NCBI GenBank assembly: GCA_001949185.1
Contig: BDGG01000006.1
Coordinates: 788,827-852,826 of the forward strand
DNA: 64,000 bases
Direction of reading: 5' to 3'
Source of the DNA: Ramazzottius varieornatus
Taxonomy: Eukaryota > Animalia > Tardigrada
Shown here: piece by piece, positions 13,213 to 25,400 of the stretch
Position numbering within the stretch: the first letter of the stretch is position 1
Layout of the letters: every line of letters begins with the position of its first letter
Notes under the pieces: model-generated
Database searches by the model: none
Seen by the model: the letters and a program-made list of their open reading frames with translations, nothing else
What the model was told of the DNA's origin: nothing
Program-made: the position numbers and the translations under genes

Positions 13213-16200
13213 ATGGATAATGGCATGGAAAGATTACAGACCTTCCAAGGGCAGGATGAGTCGTCAAACGACTCGGTGGTAGTCGCGCCACCCCGCATTC
13301 TAACACCCCCGCTTCGCCCCATAACTCCGCCTCCCCAGTCCCCAACTGCCAAGGATGGAATCATGGAAACGGTATCGGAACGCACGGCGCGCACCCGAAA
13401 ACGACCACCAAGAGGCCAGCATGAATGCCCTTATGAGTCAAAATTAAAAATCAAGTGAATCAACTCATGCTTGCTAGAGGTCAAAATCTGACAACTCTTC
13501 CAGAATTTTTTGGCACTGTTGAATGCTTTCTCCTTTCACAGATGAAGACTGCAAAGAACATTTCCATCATGAATACCTGCTGAAAGCTCATTTGACAGTC
13601 CATCTCGGTAAGTTTTGAAGCAAGATGATCGAAAATCTTGTTCGGAAAGTAATCGTCGTTGACCAAGTGGAAGGTGAAAGTTTTGCCCTTCTTGTTGCAG
13701 GTATCCGGCCCTTCAAGTGCCGTTTTCCTCCCTGTGCGAAGTCCTTCTGGAAGATATACAGCCTGAATAGGCATGAGATGATACATTCGGGTACGTAATG
13801 CAGTAGACCTTCGCAAATGCAATATGGCGTTGGAATTTCGGACCTGAAGGCGGATTACAGGTGTTAACGGGTATTACTATCAGAGCTTAACGATGTTCGC
13901 TCTTTTACAGGTCTCAAGAGGTGGAATTGCACAACTGAAGGCTGTATTTTTGGAGCTACGAAGCAAAAGTATCTGAAGAACCATATGCTCTTGCACGGTG
14001 AGCGACGAAGTTCTACTAGAACGAAGTATGCCCGTTGAAGGCAGCTGGTATTTTTACCAGCATTGGACCAACTGGCTCGTGACGTCATTATTTTCATAGT
14101 GTCTTAAGTGTAGCTGTTTGACGTCGGGACGCCACTTCTGAGGGCTGTTGTGGGTTTACGCGCGATTAAGTTTTACGGTCGATTTTCATTTTCTCCAGCC
14201 ATGTCGTGGCATCGTCGTGACCGTTAACGCACCATGGTACCACTGGCTCTGCTGGGTATGCTTTTTGAATTTTTGTGGAATTCTGTAGGCATCGAAATGG
14301 AAATGACTGTCCGTGGTCAACCCGCGAAACGTCAGAAGCTGGACATGCTCTTGAGAGAGTCTAGATCGATGACCAGGTCTACCGCGCCTAATGATGAGGA
14401 CGATTCGATGGCCGAAGGGTCTAGGGATGAACAAAGAGCAGCTGAAGACGCTCTTGCATCGAGAATGATTTCCGGCGAGGACGTTTACACGAGAGTACGA
14501 AAATTTCTTTCCAAATGCCGTAACCGTCATTGATGTGGCAGTCTAACCTCAAAAAGAAGTTCCTTACTTCTCTTCCATTTTATTTTCAGGCTACGGAAGA
14601 CCGTAATGCAGGTTCTTCAGGAGCGTCTGCTCACGAATACCGCCGTGGAAGAACGGTGCTTCAGCCAGCACCGAAGTATCCTCCCTGTCTGTATCCTGAC
14701 TGTGGGTACATTTGTCAAAGCGAGGAGGACCTCGAACAACATGCAAAAGTCCACAAAGGTGCGCGAAAGAGTTTGCAGGGCTCGGAATTCTCCCTCCCCA
14801 CCGGCTATAATTCTTTTGTCTTTCGTTCCAGGAACCAGTTTGTTTGTCTGTGCGATCAACGGATGCACCTATCGTTCGACTTCGGAAGCCGAGTTTCGTG
14901 TCCACATGAAAGCAGGAGTGCACACGTCCAGTGAGTAGAAAGTCGCTTACTATTGAACAAATGGGAGCTCGGCAAATAAATTCGATAAGATTCTCTCACG
15001 TGGCGCACATCTCCATATTACTGGCTGAGAACGTGCGCCTCTTTGGAAAACAATTTTGTTCCAGTTTGTTCTCGGGCGCACGTTGTCAGTGTAATTGGCT
15101 GGAAGAGTGTGCTACTTCGAAAAATTATTTTGCCACGTCGGTTTGGCGAAGTCCTAGTCACCTCCTTCGGTTTTGATAGCCTCGTCCTGCTCGTAGGTGG
15201 CGAAGAGAACTACGCGAGGCTGCCGAAGAAAGTCAAGAAAGTTCAGAAGCAAGTGTATCAGTGCAAGTTTGAAGAGTGTAACTTCGAGCATTGGAACCCT
15301 CAGATGCTCAACGGTCACTATCGACAAGCACATATCGGTAAGCCCAAACTGACTGAACGACTAGCTGAACGACGCATCGTGACAGCCAACATGCACGACA
15401 AGGAAACTAGAATTTAGGGAGTTTTTTATTTCACAGAAGAATCTCCTTACCTGTGTGGCATTGGGCAGTTCGGAAACTGCCTCTTTAAAACTTCCAGCGA
15501 AGAGCTGCTGCGCTCGCACGTCAGAGTCGAGCACCCTGATGACGGTAAATGGGTTTTTTGCTCGGGAAAGAACCACAAATATCATTTCATTGAGATATTC
15601 AGCAACAAAAATTGGAACACAATCTTCCGAAATTTCCAGCGAAACTAGATATGAGAGCTCGGCCAACAAACTCGACAAGATTGGTTTCCCAAGTGGCGCA
15701 ACTTCTCAGGACTTTTGGCCGGAAGCGTGCGCTAAAACAGTCTTGGTTCCCAAGCGGCGCACATTGCCTTGTTAATGGCTGAAACCGTGCGTCACTTCGA
15801 AAACTTGACCAGTTTGCTTTCTTAGGTGGCGCACGTTGTCATTGTTACCGGCCGAAGTGTGCGCCACTTGGGAAAATGATTTTGTTGGGTTTGTTTGACA
15901 GGACGGGATTCGATTTTATCTAATTTTAGAAGTAATTTCTTTCCAGGCTTCAAGGAGACCTTCTACTTCCGGACGCGTCCTGCTTACAAGCTTCTTCCGT
16001 TAGAGTCCTGTAGTGACACTGTCGTTCAGACCGAGCTGAAGCCAGTGTGTCACTGTGGTGGCTACCAGAAGGTGGTCACGCGGTCCATCGACGTGCAGAC
16101 TGTTGAAAGCTGCTTCGAGGCTGTGTCGGCCAACAAGCCGACCATCCTCGACGAGTTCATTGTACCCACACAGAATGGGGAAGTAGGGAAGAGCGTTGAG

Positions 16201-19200
16201 TATGAGATTCTCAACGTGGTGGTACACGCACAGAGCGAGACGCATTCCGAATGGCCCACTGGCGAAGTACCCGCGGCGCAGTACGAACGAAGATCAGAAC
16301 AAGAAATCCTACCAGGTAAATTATGGAGAAAATATCATTTAGAAGAGTAAGAGAAAGTTTTCGGAAATAAATCAATTTGATATTTAGACTGAAACAAAAT
16401 AAAAAAAGATTTCTTCAAGTAGCGCAGGCTTTCCAGCCTAAAACAGCGAAACGGTGCGCCACCCGGGTAAACAGTCTTTTTGTAATTTTTTCTTCCCAAG
16501 TGGCTCACGTTTTCAGTGACATTGCTGGTAGTGGGCGTCACTTAGACAGGAAACACACGTTTGAAGAAAATGAATCAACAAAATCATTCAATATTCAAGA
16601 GAAAGCCGGAAGAAACTGGGGGAAACGTTAAGAAAGTTTTCTTGGTCATGAGAACGAACGGAAAATATTCTTGATTTTTTCGGTGGTTGAAAGCAGAGGC
16701 GGCTGGAGGTATTGAGAAGGTTCGCAATTTGGCCCTTTTTCTAGAACTGTTAATGGTTTGATGGCAAGCAAGGCGGTAGTACAATCCTTTTTCCACCAGC
16801 AATGCTGTCCAGCACTGTCGGAATCGTGATTTCTGCCTGACGGAAGGCGTAGTTCTCAAGTCGCGCAGCTTATGACAGAGTGCGCACCCAGTTAAAGCTG
16901 TGCATTACGAGTCATAGCTCATCAGAACGATGCGGCTGCGCACGGTGGCACTGGGTGGAAAAGGATTGACACTGCCAGATGGCCAATTTCGGCTCTGGTT
17001 CTGGCACGGAATCCGCAGATTTCGTACGAAGTCTGCCTTTACCACAAACCATATTGAACCACATAGACCACTCGTTTATATGGTTTGGCGCGTGATCGAA
17101 ACCGGTTTGAGTGGTTTGGTTTGAGATGCCATATGGTTTGAGGTGGTTCGGTTTTGATGTTGAACCACATAAACCAATATAAACCACTTTCCAAGTGGTC
17201 TGGTCTGGTTTTTAACAGCTCTACCTTTTGCTACAAATTTTCAGTAATTTCCAGTCAAGGTTGTGCCGAGCACAGACCTGACAAGCAACTTCGTAGAAAA
17301 AGAGCCAAATTGCGGACTTTTTTAATACCTCCAGCCGCCTCTGGTTGAGAGTGTAACATTTTTCTCTTGCAGGTATTCCCAGTTCGTATTACTGCGGAGA
17401 GAACGGCTGCCGCTTCCAGACCAGTCTGGCTGCCACGTTTGAAGAGCACATGAACACACTCCACAAGGACGAGCAGTCGCCGCGGTACACCAGCATCTTC
17501 AAGAACCTGATGAGCAAGACCGACAAGCCAGTTGTCGACTCCCAAGAGTCTGTCACCATCCACTTCGACTCCATCCAGTCCTCGTTGAGTGGGAAGAGTG
17601 AACGAGTACCGATCGGGCCATCGTTCAAACGACCCACCATCGTCCCAGGTACTGTATGCTCTCCCGAAATTCACGTACGTCACTGACTCTCAGATCATTG
17701 GGGTCTTACCGTCTAGTTTTACACTCTGAATGGAGTGACGTACGTGAATTTCGAGAGAGTATACAGTAAGCGGAAAGTTTCATTGGGCAAGTAGGAAACC
17801 AAATTGACGAGATTGTGTTTTCAAGTGGCGCACGCGTTCAGCCAATAACACTGGAAACATGCGCCAGACGAAAGAACGATCTTAAGTGGCGTACGCTACC
17901 TGCCACTAACACCGAAAACGTTCGTCACTTGGGGAATCAATCTTGAGCCCCTTTTCACAGCTCCCATTTAGCTCCAATGAAAATCAGGAAGTAATTTCGT
18001 GATGATGATGATTGTTTTCGTTTCAGGGAAGAGTAAGTGCTTCTGCGCTCTGGCGGGTTGTGGATTCGCCACGAACGACGAGGCGTTGTTCCGACAACAC
18101 ATGAAGGAAGCCCATCACAAGAACGTCACCAGAATCCAGAGGGTGCCTGTCGTGGGGCAGCCTAAGACGATGCCAGTAAAGACTCCAGTCGAACCTTCAG
18201 TCCAAACTCCCACCGAGAAACGACCAGGTATCTAACCTAACTTAATGTTCCCTTTCGAAATTCTCTGTAAAGTCTCGAACATCAGAAAAAGAAATAACAG
18301 AAGCTGGGCAAACAAACTGGACCAGATCGTTTTTCCGAATGGCGCTTGCTACCAGCCAATACCTTCGAAAACGTGCGCCACTGGAGAAAACGGTCAAACT
18401 CGACACTACTGCTTTTCCAAGTGACGCACTCTTCGAGTTGGTAGCAGCGACAACCTGCGCCACTTGGGAAACAGTCTTGTCAAGTTTGTTTGCGAAGCAC
18501 CAAAAGAAGTCAGAAGTATTCTCTTGATCTTACGACAGTTTCTGAGGATGAAAACTGAAAGGACGAAAATAGCGAAATATTTTAATGCAGGAAAATTTGC
18601 GCTGGAAGAAATGAAATACTAGTATTGGATCGAAGGAATAAATTTTTCACGAGGGAAATTTTGCTTTTGTTCTGCAGTTGGTCGACCGAGGAAGCAAGGA
18701 GTGGAAGTGGACCCTGGGCCAAGTCGACCAGCCAGCGAGATCAAGTCCAGCTTACGTCCCAAGAAGAAGCCCAAGTACCGATTCCACGACGAGGAGACGG
18801 CTTCCACTCCCGAAGAAGAGTCCACCGATGAAGAAGAAGACGAAGAAGGCACCATGGATGATTCTGACGAAGACCCCGACGCTGTTGTGGCCGAAGAGGA
18901 AGAGAAGGCAGATTTGAAAGAAGACAAGCTGCTGCCCAAGAAGCGCAAGTCCACTCATCGTACGGAAGCCGTGGAAAGCAGCGTAGAGGAACACAACGAC
19001 GTCGACCCGGGCTACCCGGAAACCATCGAAGGCGCCTACGGCATGGTCAACCTGAAAGAGTTGGGTGAGCGAATGTTCGAGAAGGAGAAGGCCCGCTCCA
19101 AAGCGGTCAACTTGGGTATGGAGATTCTCTTCTCACAGGAAGAGATCTTGAATGGCGCCTGTAAGGGTAGAGGAGGAGGCAACCGAGAGTTCACAGTGTG

Positions 19201-19351
19201 GGACCCGCAGAAGCTGAGCGCGCTGTATGGCCTCTTCTGTGAGTGGAGTCAACGCAAGGGACTTTCTCAACCCTCAGAAAAGAACTTTCACCAAATCTGT
19301 ATCAATAACAAAACCAATAAACGCAAGTCGCTACAGTTGACTGAACACTGA
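13213..19351 (+). CDS. Multi-C2H2 zinc-finger (9 fingers), AT-hook and C-terminal BEN-domain protein. Exons ~13213-13432, 13542-13607, 13701-13789, 13911-13997, 14289-14494, 14590-14758, 14832-14931, 15197-15337, 15437-15544, 15947-16315, 17373-17648, 18027-18227, 18678-19351
   Basis: Spliced fingers CPYEDC..HLTVH, CRFPPC..HEMIH (linker LGIRPFKC), CTTEGC, CLYPDC, CAINGC, CKFEEC, CGIGQFGNC, CGENGC, CALAGC; GRPRK AT-hook; acidic tract; LFSQEEILNGACKG...WDPQKLSAL...INNK fits the BEN consensus (LF..EEL....G....LDP.KL....INNK). The first junction is non-canonical (see findings). Confidence 0.8.
16694..17343. mobile_element. Non-autonomous hAT-type element in an intron
   Basis: TIRs cagaggcggctggaggtatt / aatacctccagccgcctctg, with homology extending ~50 bp; 8-bp TSD gttgaaag / gttgagag (1 mismatch). 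Confidence 0.8.
17652..17766. mobile_element. 115-bp TA-flanked MITE inserted in a splice donor
   Basis: TIRs ctgtatgctctcccgaaattcacgtacgtcact / agtgacgtacgtgaatttcgagagagtatacag, TA on both sides. Confidence 0.85.
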
Positions 19352-19663
19352 TGGACGTCTCTCGAGGTTTCTCTGACCTTTTGTCGCTTGTTTTGCGGTG
19401 CCGGAAGTGGCACTTAATAGTTTTGCGTTTACTTTCATCGCTGGAAACAATGACAACAACTGTTCTTGACGGAGACTTTTGGAACAAAGCCACCGATTGA
19501 CAGTCAACTTTCATCGACGTCAGGTCGACTTCTTCGACGGAGGAAAAAGCTGGAGATTCTAGAAACAAAATCTAAAGGAAGGAATGCCAGAAGGCTTTGG
19601 TCTACTAAAAGGCTAGAAGAAAGAGACAATTCAGTGAAAAGATTTAGAAAGCTCATAAGTTAG

Positions 19664-19862
19664 ATGATGGCCATCAGCTCAGGCCATCTCGTCTTCGAGC
19701 CACTGGTCAGCGATCAAGTTGGCGTTCAGCAGACCGGCAGCGTTTTCTGCCGGGACCATCTGGACCTTGTTCTATCGACAGCGGTCCCACCAGTTGTAGG
19801 CATCAAAGATACTTCCGCCAATGACACCGAGCCGTTCCGAAGTGCTCTTGTTGGCCAGACCC
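19664..19862 (-). pseudogene. Decayed paralogue of the 47.8-48.5 kb coiled-coil ORF
   Basis: Minus strand reads GLANKSTSERLGVIGGSIFDAYNWWDRCR*, versus GLAKKSTPEPLRMVGGSIFEAFGWWKGRK at ~48270. Confidence 0.7.
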
Positions 19863-20270
19863 CGGGGTTTGTTGATCGCGGGATCTACGTAGCCCGGGAT
19901 TAGGTATACCCGGGATCTGAGTCACCCGGGATCTCGTCGCGGGATTTTTTAGTGGAGGGAATAACGCTTCCCACCGGGCATTACATTCCATTTCCCGGAT
20001 CATTTTTCCACTCAGTTGAATCTCTTTGCTTCAGTATTGCTCTGCTCAATGATTCGTATTTTCCACTGTGATTTTTGCCGTTCCTATTGTATTGTTACAA
20101 ATAGAGAACGATTCGGAAACTGCCACCGGCATTGGCTACGTCCGGGATTTTAGTTCAGCGGGATTATTCATGATTTCACGATATTTGGGTTACTCGGGAT
20201 TTAGTGCCACCGGGACTGCATCCCGGAAATAATGTGTCCCGGGATACTGGAATCCCGGGATTTCGAACCG
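19862..20270. mobile_element. Degenerate DNA-transposon-like element rich in (CC)CGGGAT motifs
   Basis: About 12 CGGGA(T) motifs clustered at both ends; interrupts the pseudogene. No clean TIR or TSD resolved. Confidence 0.5.
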
Positions 20271-20477
20271 GTACCGTAATGTCCATCCATGTTCAGTCAT
20301 GGTCCGTTGGTCCATCCAATAAAGCATAATGGCAAGAGGTGTCGATATTGATATGGTGTAATATTGCTGGATGTCTTCCTGGTCCGTGGATGTCTTCTAC
20401 AGCAGATCGTAGAAATATCCGCAACTTGAACCCACAAATCAACTTCTCCGCCAGGATACATCTTGAAACCTTCTCGC

Positions 20478-21022
20478 TAGTGCTGGCAAAAATACGATAA
20501 AATTCGATACGATATTTTTCCGTTACCGTATTTTCGATGTATCGTATCATATCGCAGCGATATATCGATATTTCTGGAATTTTAGTTTTTCGGAATTCCA
20601 CTGGTTTAAGCCCAAAAACTCAAGAAGGCGATTTCCACATAAAGTATTAGTAAGATCGAAAGCGTCGGACGCAGCAAAGACATGATTACACCAAGACTTC
20701 AAACACATGGAAACCTGGACAGAATTAGTACCAGAACCGAATGGGTGGAGTGTGCGCGGTACACCATGGCCAAAACCAAGTTTTGAAATCAACCATGGTC
20801 TTCAGTAAACGAGATACCACTGGCGAGTTTGCCATTCAGCAAAATACCGATATATCGAAAATATATCGATATGGTGCGATACGATATCGCCGAATATTTT
20901 ATTGCATTATTCGATACGAGATTCATATCGATATTTGCGATACGATATCTGCCGCATATTTTATCGCGAAGATTCGATATATTTCGATACGATATCGGTA
21001 TACCGTATCGTTGCCAGCACTA
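20478..21022. mobile_element. hAT-type MITE with CGATA-rich subterminal repeats
   Basis: TIR tagtgctggcaa / ttgccagcacta; perfect 8-bp TSD cttctcgc. The empty site is present in the paralogous sequence at ~47680-47700. Confidence 0.92.
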
Positions 21023-22475
21023 CTTCTCGCAGCTTGAAAAGCAGGCACAACCTGAAACGGGAGCAAACTGAACCAGAAGCAAGCGATTGATCGACTGATG
21101 GAATGCCACAATCAGCAGATCGTTCAAATCAACAATCAAACGACTGCATCAGCCTAACACTGCAACAGCAGGATGCGTAAGAAACTAATCAAAACAACCG
21201 AACAGGCGGAACGGCGGCTGATCGTTCCGTTCCGCCAGACGGTAGCCATTTTGAGGTTTCGCAACCATGATGACTCATCAAACAGATTCTTTGTCACACT
21301 AGCGCCGGGTTTACGCCAAAATAAATTCGTCTTACCTCGGAGAACGGGTTCCTGCCGTAAAGTTCGGGAGTATCCGAGTAGGATGAGGATGGAGCGAAGC
21401 TTGTCACGGAAATCTCTAAAAACGAAAAACAAGCAGAATGGACCATGTCACCACAGAAGTGGACTGGAGAGAAAGAATCCGCCTCGTTAATGATGTCATA
21501 CAGTACCCGCCGGGGAAAAACAACAACAGAAAACTATTTATTCAGTCGAGTTGAGCCTTGTGAAAAAGCAAGAGCTCCTCATGTTCAGACCAGGCTTGCT
21601 AGGTTGTGGAAGTTGGCAAATTAATTGAAATCTGTATTGGCGGCTTTCAAACAGAGACGAAGGTTGCATCAGATTTTGATCAATCAAAATTCAAATTTGA
21701 CTAGAATCAGCCACAATTGAGGGATTGGCCTGGATTGTTAAAACCTGTCAGCGACGGGATGTCAGGACTGGGATCGGGAACTCTATCGGGAAATCCAGCA
21801 GAAACGACACTATTGGCAGGACACCAATGAATCACTGCTGGATGGACTTGCTGATCCTGATGCTGACACCCCGTCGCTGACAGCTTTTCGGGACGCCTCA
21901 TATCCACTCTCACTTACCTGGTGATGAGAAAATCTGATTATCTTTGAAGTAAATGAAGGCACAAACGAGAGCAAAAGGGAAATTACGAGAGTACGTAGGG
22001 CGAAAACACGAGCATGGAAAGTGCGATCAGCTGATTGCGGAGAGTGAGAAAAGGAATGGAGCAGTCCGTCACTGTGGCAGACGCGGACGGCGCCATTTCG
22101 GGTTGCTAATAATGGTTGGTCAGCCAAGGAAAGCAGCCTCCGCCCCTACGGCTGTGACCAATCAAGCAACGGCGTCAGGCACGACCATGGCTCATCGGCC
22201 AGCGCTGGTCTTGGCACGCAATCCACAGTTCAAACCGGACGACAACTTTACGCGCCAGAAATCCCCTCCATCTTCGAGGAGGGGATTTCTGGAAGGAAAC
22301 TTCGAGAATCCAGCCAGAATTCACTCTTCTGCAAATTTATCCACATTCCCAAACCTTCCCCGAAATCAATCCGAAAGAAAACAACGCAGAAACATCTGCC
22401 GTAATTAATTTCCAGAAAAACAGCGGTAAAAACCAAAGAAAGATTTTAACATTGAATTGAAAAAGAGGCGCTGTT

Positions 22476-25400
22476 TTACGTCTGAAGCCAGCGATTTCTT
22501 CCTTTCCCAGCTCGATTACTAACTCGAACACCAGCGTCGTCATTCTTATTGGAGGTGGAAGGCACTTCCGGTACCATGCGGTCTTCCCCGTCTTCAACCC
22601 CCTTCTTATCGGCCACCGTTTCCGCTCGACCCTCCTCGACAGGTTGAATATCGACAACATCTTCCACCTTCTCATCCTTCCCCACACTGCTGGCTTCCTC
22701 TTTGCCGCCGATGTCTTCCGCCACAGCTTCAGGTTCGTTCTCACAGGCGGCTTTCACGAAGGAAGGCCACCACGATGAGAAAGGCTCCGTCGCGTCTGGT
22801 TTCTTCGAGACGTTCTCTTCCACCACGGCTTTCTGTAAAGGATGCCAGTCATTAGACATCGCTTCTCCCCTTTCAAGAATTAAAACGGCAAGCGGGAGGT
22901 CGGCAAACAAACTCGACACGATCGTTCTTCGAAGTGGCGCACAATCTCGGCCAGTTTCACTGAATGTATGCGCCACTTGGGAAAAGAAATCCGACCAGAG
23001 TGTTTCCCCAAGTGACGCACGCTTTCGGTTTTATTGGCTGAAAGCGTGCGCCACTTGGGGAAACGATCTGATTGAGTTTTGTTTACCGAGCTCCCAAGTC
23101 TTACCTTGAGACAAAACTGTAAAGAAGTTAACCCGAGACGCTTCTGAACTGCTACATCGATGGAGTAGCCAACAACGCTGACCAGAAAGTCAAACATCCC
23201 TTGGATGATGTTACTTCCTTCCGGGCTGTTTTCCACGTCCACATTGTATTGTTGAGAGACGGTCCTACAAAAAAGGAGGCACAATAGAAGCTCTCCAGAA
23301 ACTGAAACCAGCAGTGAACTTACAGAAAAGTAATCCAGTCGCGTTTGAGCTTCCTCAACTGCTGCAAGCAGTCGTGGACGTTCTCGGTCTTCTCCCTATC
23401 CACCAGGTCGTCCACTTGTTCCTGACACATGCGGACCCAGTCGGTGGGACTACCGTCATCGGACAGCCGCCCAAGGCATCGTAGACCTGCTTGAAAGATG
23501 CCGCAAAAAGGGAGGCTGCAGACCAACGGATCATCCTGCAAAAAGAACTAATCGAAATATTATCCAACTCGAGAAGATAAAATTTAAATGGAAAACAAAC
23601 TCAACGAGGACTTTATCCACGTGGCGCGTATTTACAGTGTCAACAGCTGTGGGCATGCGCCACTTGGAGAACTCAAAAAGAACAGTTTTTCCCAAGCGGC
23701 GCACGCTTCCAGCCAATAACGCTGAAAACGTGCGCCAGTTGGGGAAATTGTCTGGTCGAGTTGTCTTACCGATATCCCAGCTTCGAAGACGCCGCCGATG
23801 CTCTTTCTCAAGACGAAAGAAGCTCGTTCGTTATCGAGGACTTGTTGGGAGAAGACTGTCAGACTTTGTAGGCGGAGACCTTCTTGAAGGCAAGTGCAGA
23901 AGGACAAGACGATGCGGAGTAACTCGTTATGGAGCTTCACCGAAAGTAAACCGAGAAGTTGAGCGACATTCTCGGCGTAGTTGCTGGTCAAGTGGCTGAG
24001 AACCAACACCAAATAATCTGCAAAAACACGTTCCCGTTGAAGAAGTATATTTCGAATTATATGTTCAGAATGTCTAATTTCACCGTGAGTATGCGGTGGA
24101 CTTTTCTTGAATTCTTCCAGAAGGATTCCCAGCAGCTTCTCATGCATCTCCAGAGAAAACTTTTCCACGAAGGACTGAGCTGCTGCGTCTTCCAGCTCGG
24201 TCTTGTAGGCCTCCACAGCGGTCTCCCAGAAAGACTTGATCAGGGTAGGAATCGACTCGAAATCAAACTTCACCACACTTCTGAATACTTCCTACAAAAA
24301 GAAGATCCCATGGAAATGAAAAGCATAACAAACTGTGCGCCAGTCGGAGAAAACAAGCTTGCCGAGTTCTCAAGTAGGACAGTTTTCTACTGTCACCAAA
24401 CGTTTCACTAGCTGAAAGGGTGCGTCACTTGGTAAAAACGCCTTTGTCGATTTTGTTCGCCTCGGTCCTATTTCCGATTACCGAATTTGAAACAACTCAA
24501 CTAAGTACCATAAAATGAGCAGAGAGATCCACAACAAAGGCTAGGTGTTTCGTAGCCATCTCACTTTCCCCGAAGGACTTGCGGAAACCTTCATTGAACT
24601 CTTCGACCCCCGCAGTGCACACTTCAGCAAAGGCCATGACGTCGGCATACCCTGCCGCGTCCAGCTGTGACAACACCTCATTCAGCGAAGTCTTCTTGGA
24701 GATCTTGGTGTTAGATAGACGAAGCCTGGCAGCTTGAGTTCGTCTGTGCATGATGTCGGGTGCATAGACGGGGAATGCCGCGCTGGAGAAGGTGCTTTCC
24801 AGTCGACGCGGGAACTCGGCGTCGTCCAGTGGGTCGCTGTCGTTTCGCGCCTTTTCTTGGCTGGTCTTGACTCGGTTGCGCCGAACATAGGACGGACGCT
24901 TCTCCGCTTTCATCAGCTGAACGTAGCTGCTGGTCGGTTTGACCCCCAAGTTGTTGTAAAAGTAACGCGACTGTTGCCTACGATGATCACTTCCGGTAAG
25001 AAGTCGAAGCACAAAACACACAAGACCCTCTTTCCAAGTTGCGCACATCTCCAGCCGAAAACAAGTAGAGCGTGCGCCACTTAGGAGAACAGAATATCGT
25101 CATCCTGAGTGGCGCACTCGTCCAGCCGATACCAATAAAAATGTGCGCCACTTGAAAGAACGATCTTGCACGGTTTGATTCACTGACTTGCCGAACAATT
25201 TACGTATTTGAAGTTTGACTTTGCGTACCTGGCTCCCAATCGACGTGTTTCCAATCCTCGGAAGACTCCTCGAATAAAACGACCCAACGTGGCGTTGTTC
25301 ATAGGCTTCCGGCCAGTCACTTGGCAGAACTCTTCGTAGCGATCACATAAGAAGCCTTTCGGCACCAGACTTCCACGCTTGGTGTGGAAGTGTTCTTTCA

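Larger units (their letters stand above)
14962..18500. repeat. Five copies of the palindromic family in ZnF-BEN introns (~14962-15150, 15655-15890, 16410-16550, 17795-17945, 18303-18495)
   Basis: 1-3 modules each, several starting gggagctcggcaaa/gagctcggccaacaaactcgacaagat. Confidence 0.8.

Noticed and set aside
15820-15835. AAGTGGCGC core as a CTCF site
   Set aside because: Most copies lack the AG(G/A) core and the upstream CC; only a few read AGGTGGCGC.
14962-15890. Repeat-spacer look of the palindromic arrays as a CRISPR array
   Set aside because: Eukaryotic introns, only 1-3 degenerate units, inverted rather than direct repeats, related spacers, no cas genes.
22870-23104. Palindromic elements as Introner-type intron-creating elements
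   Set aside because: The elements lie inside introns with unrelated flanking intron sequence and do not supply the splice sites.
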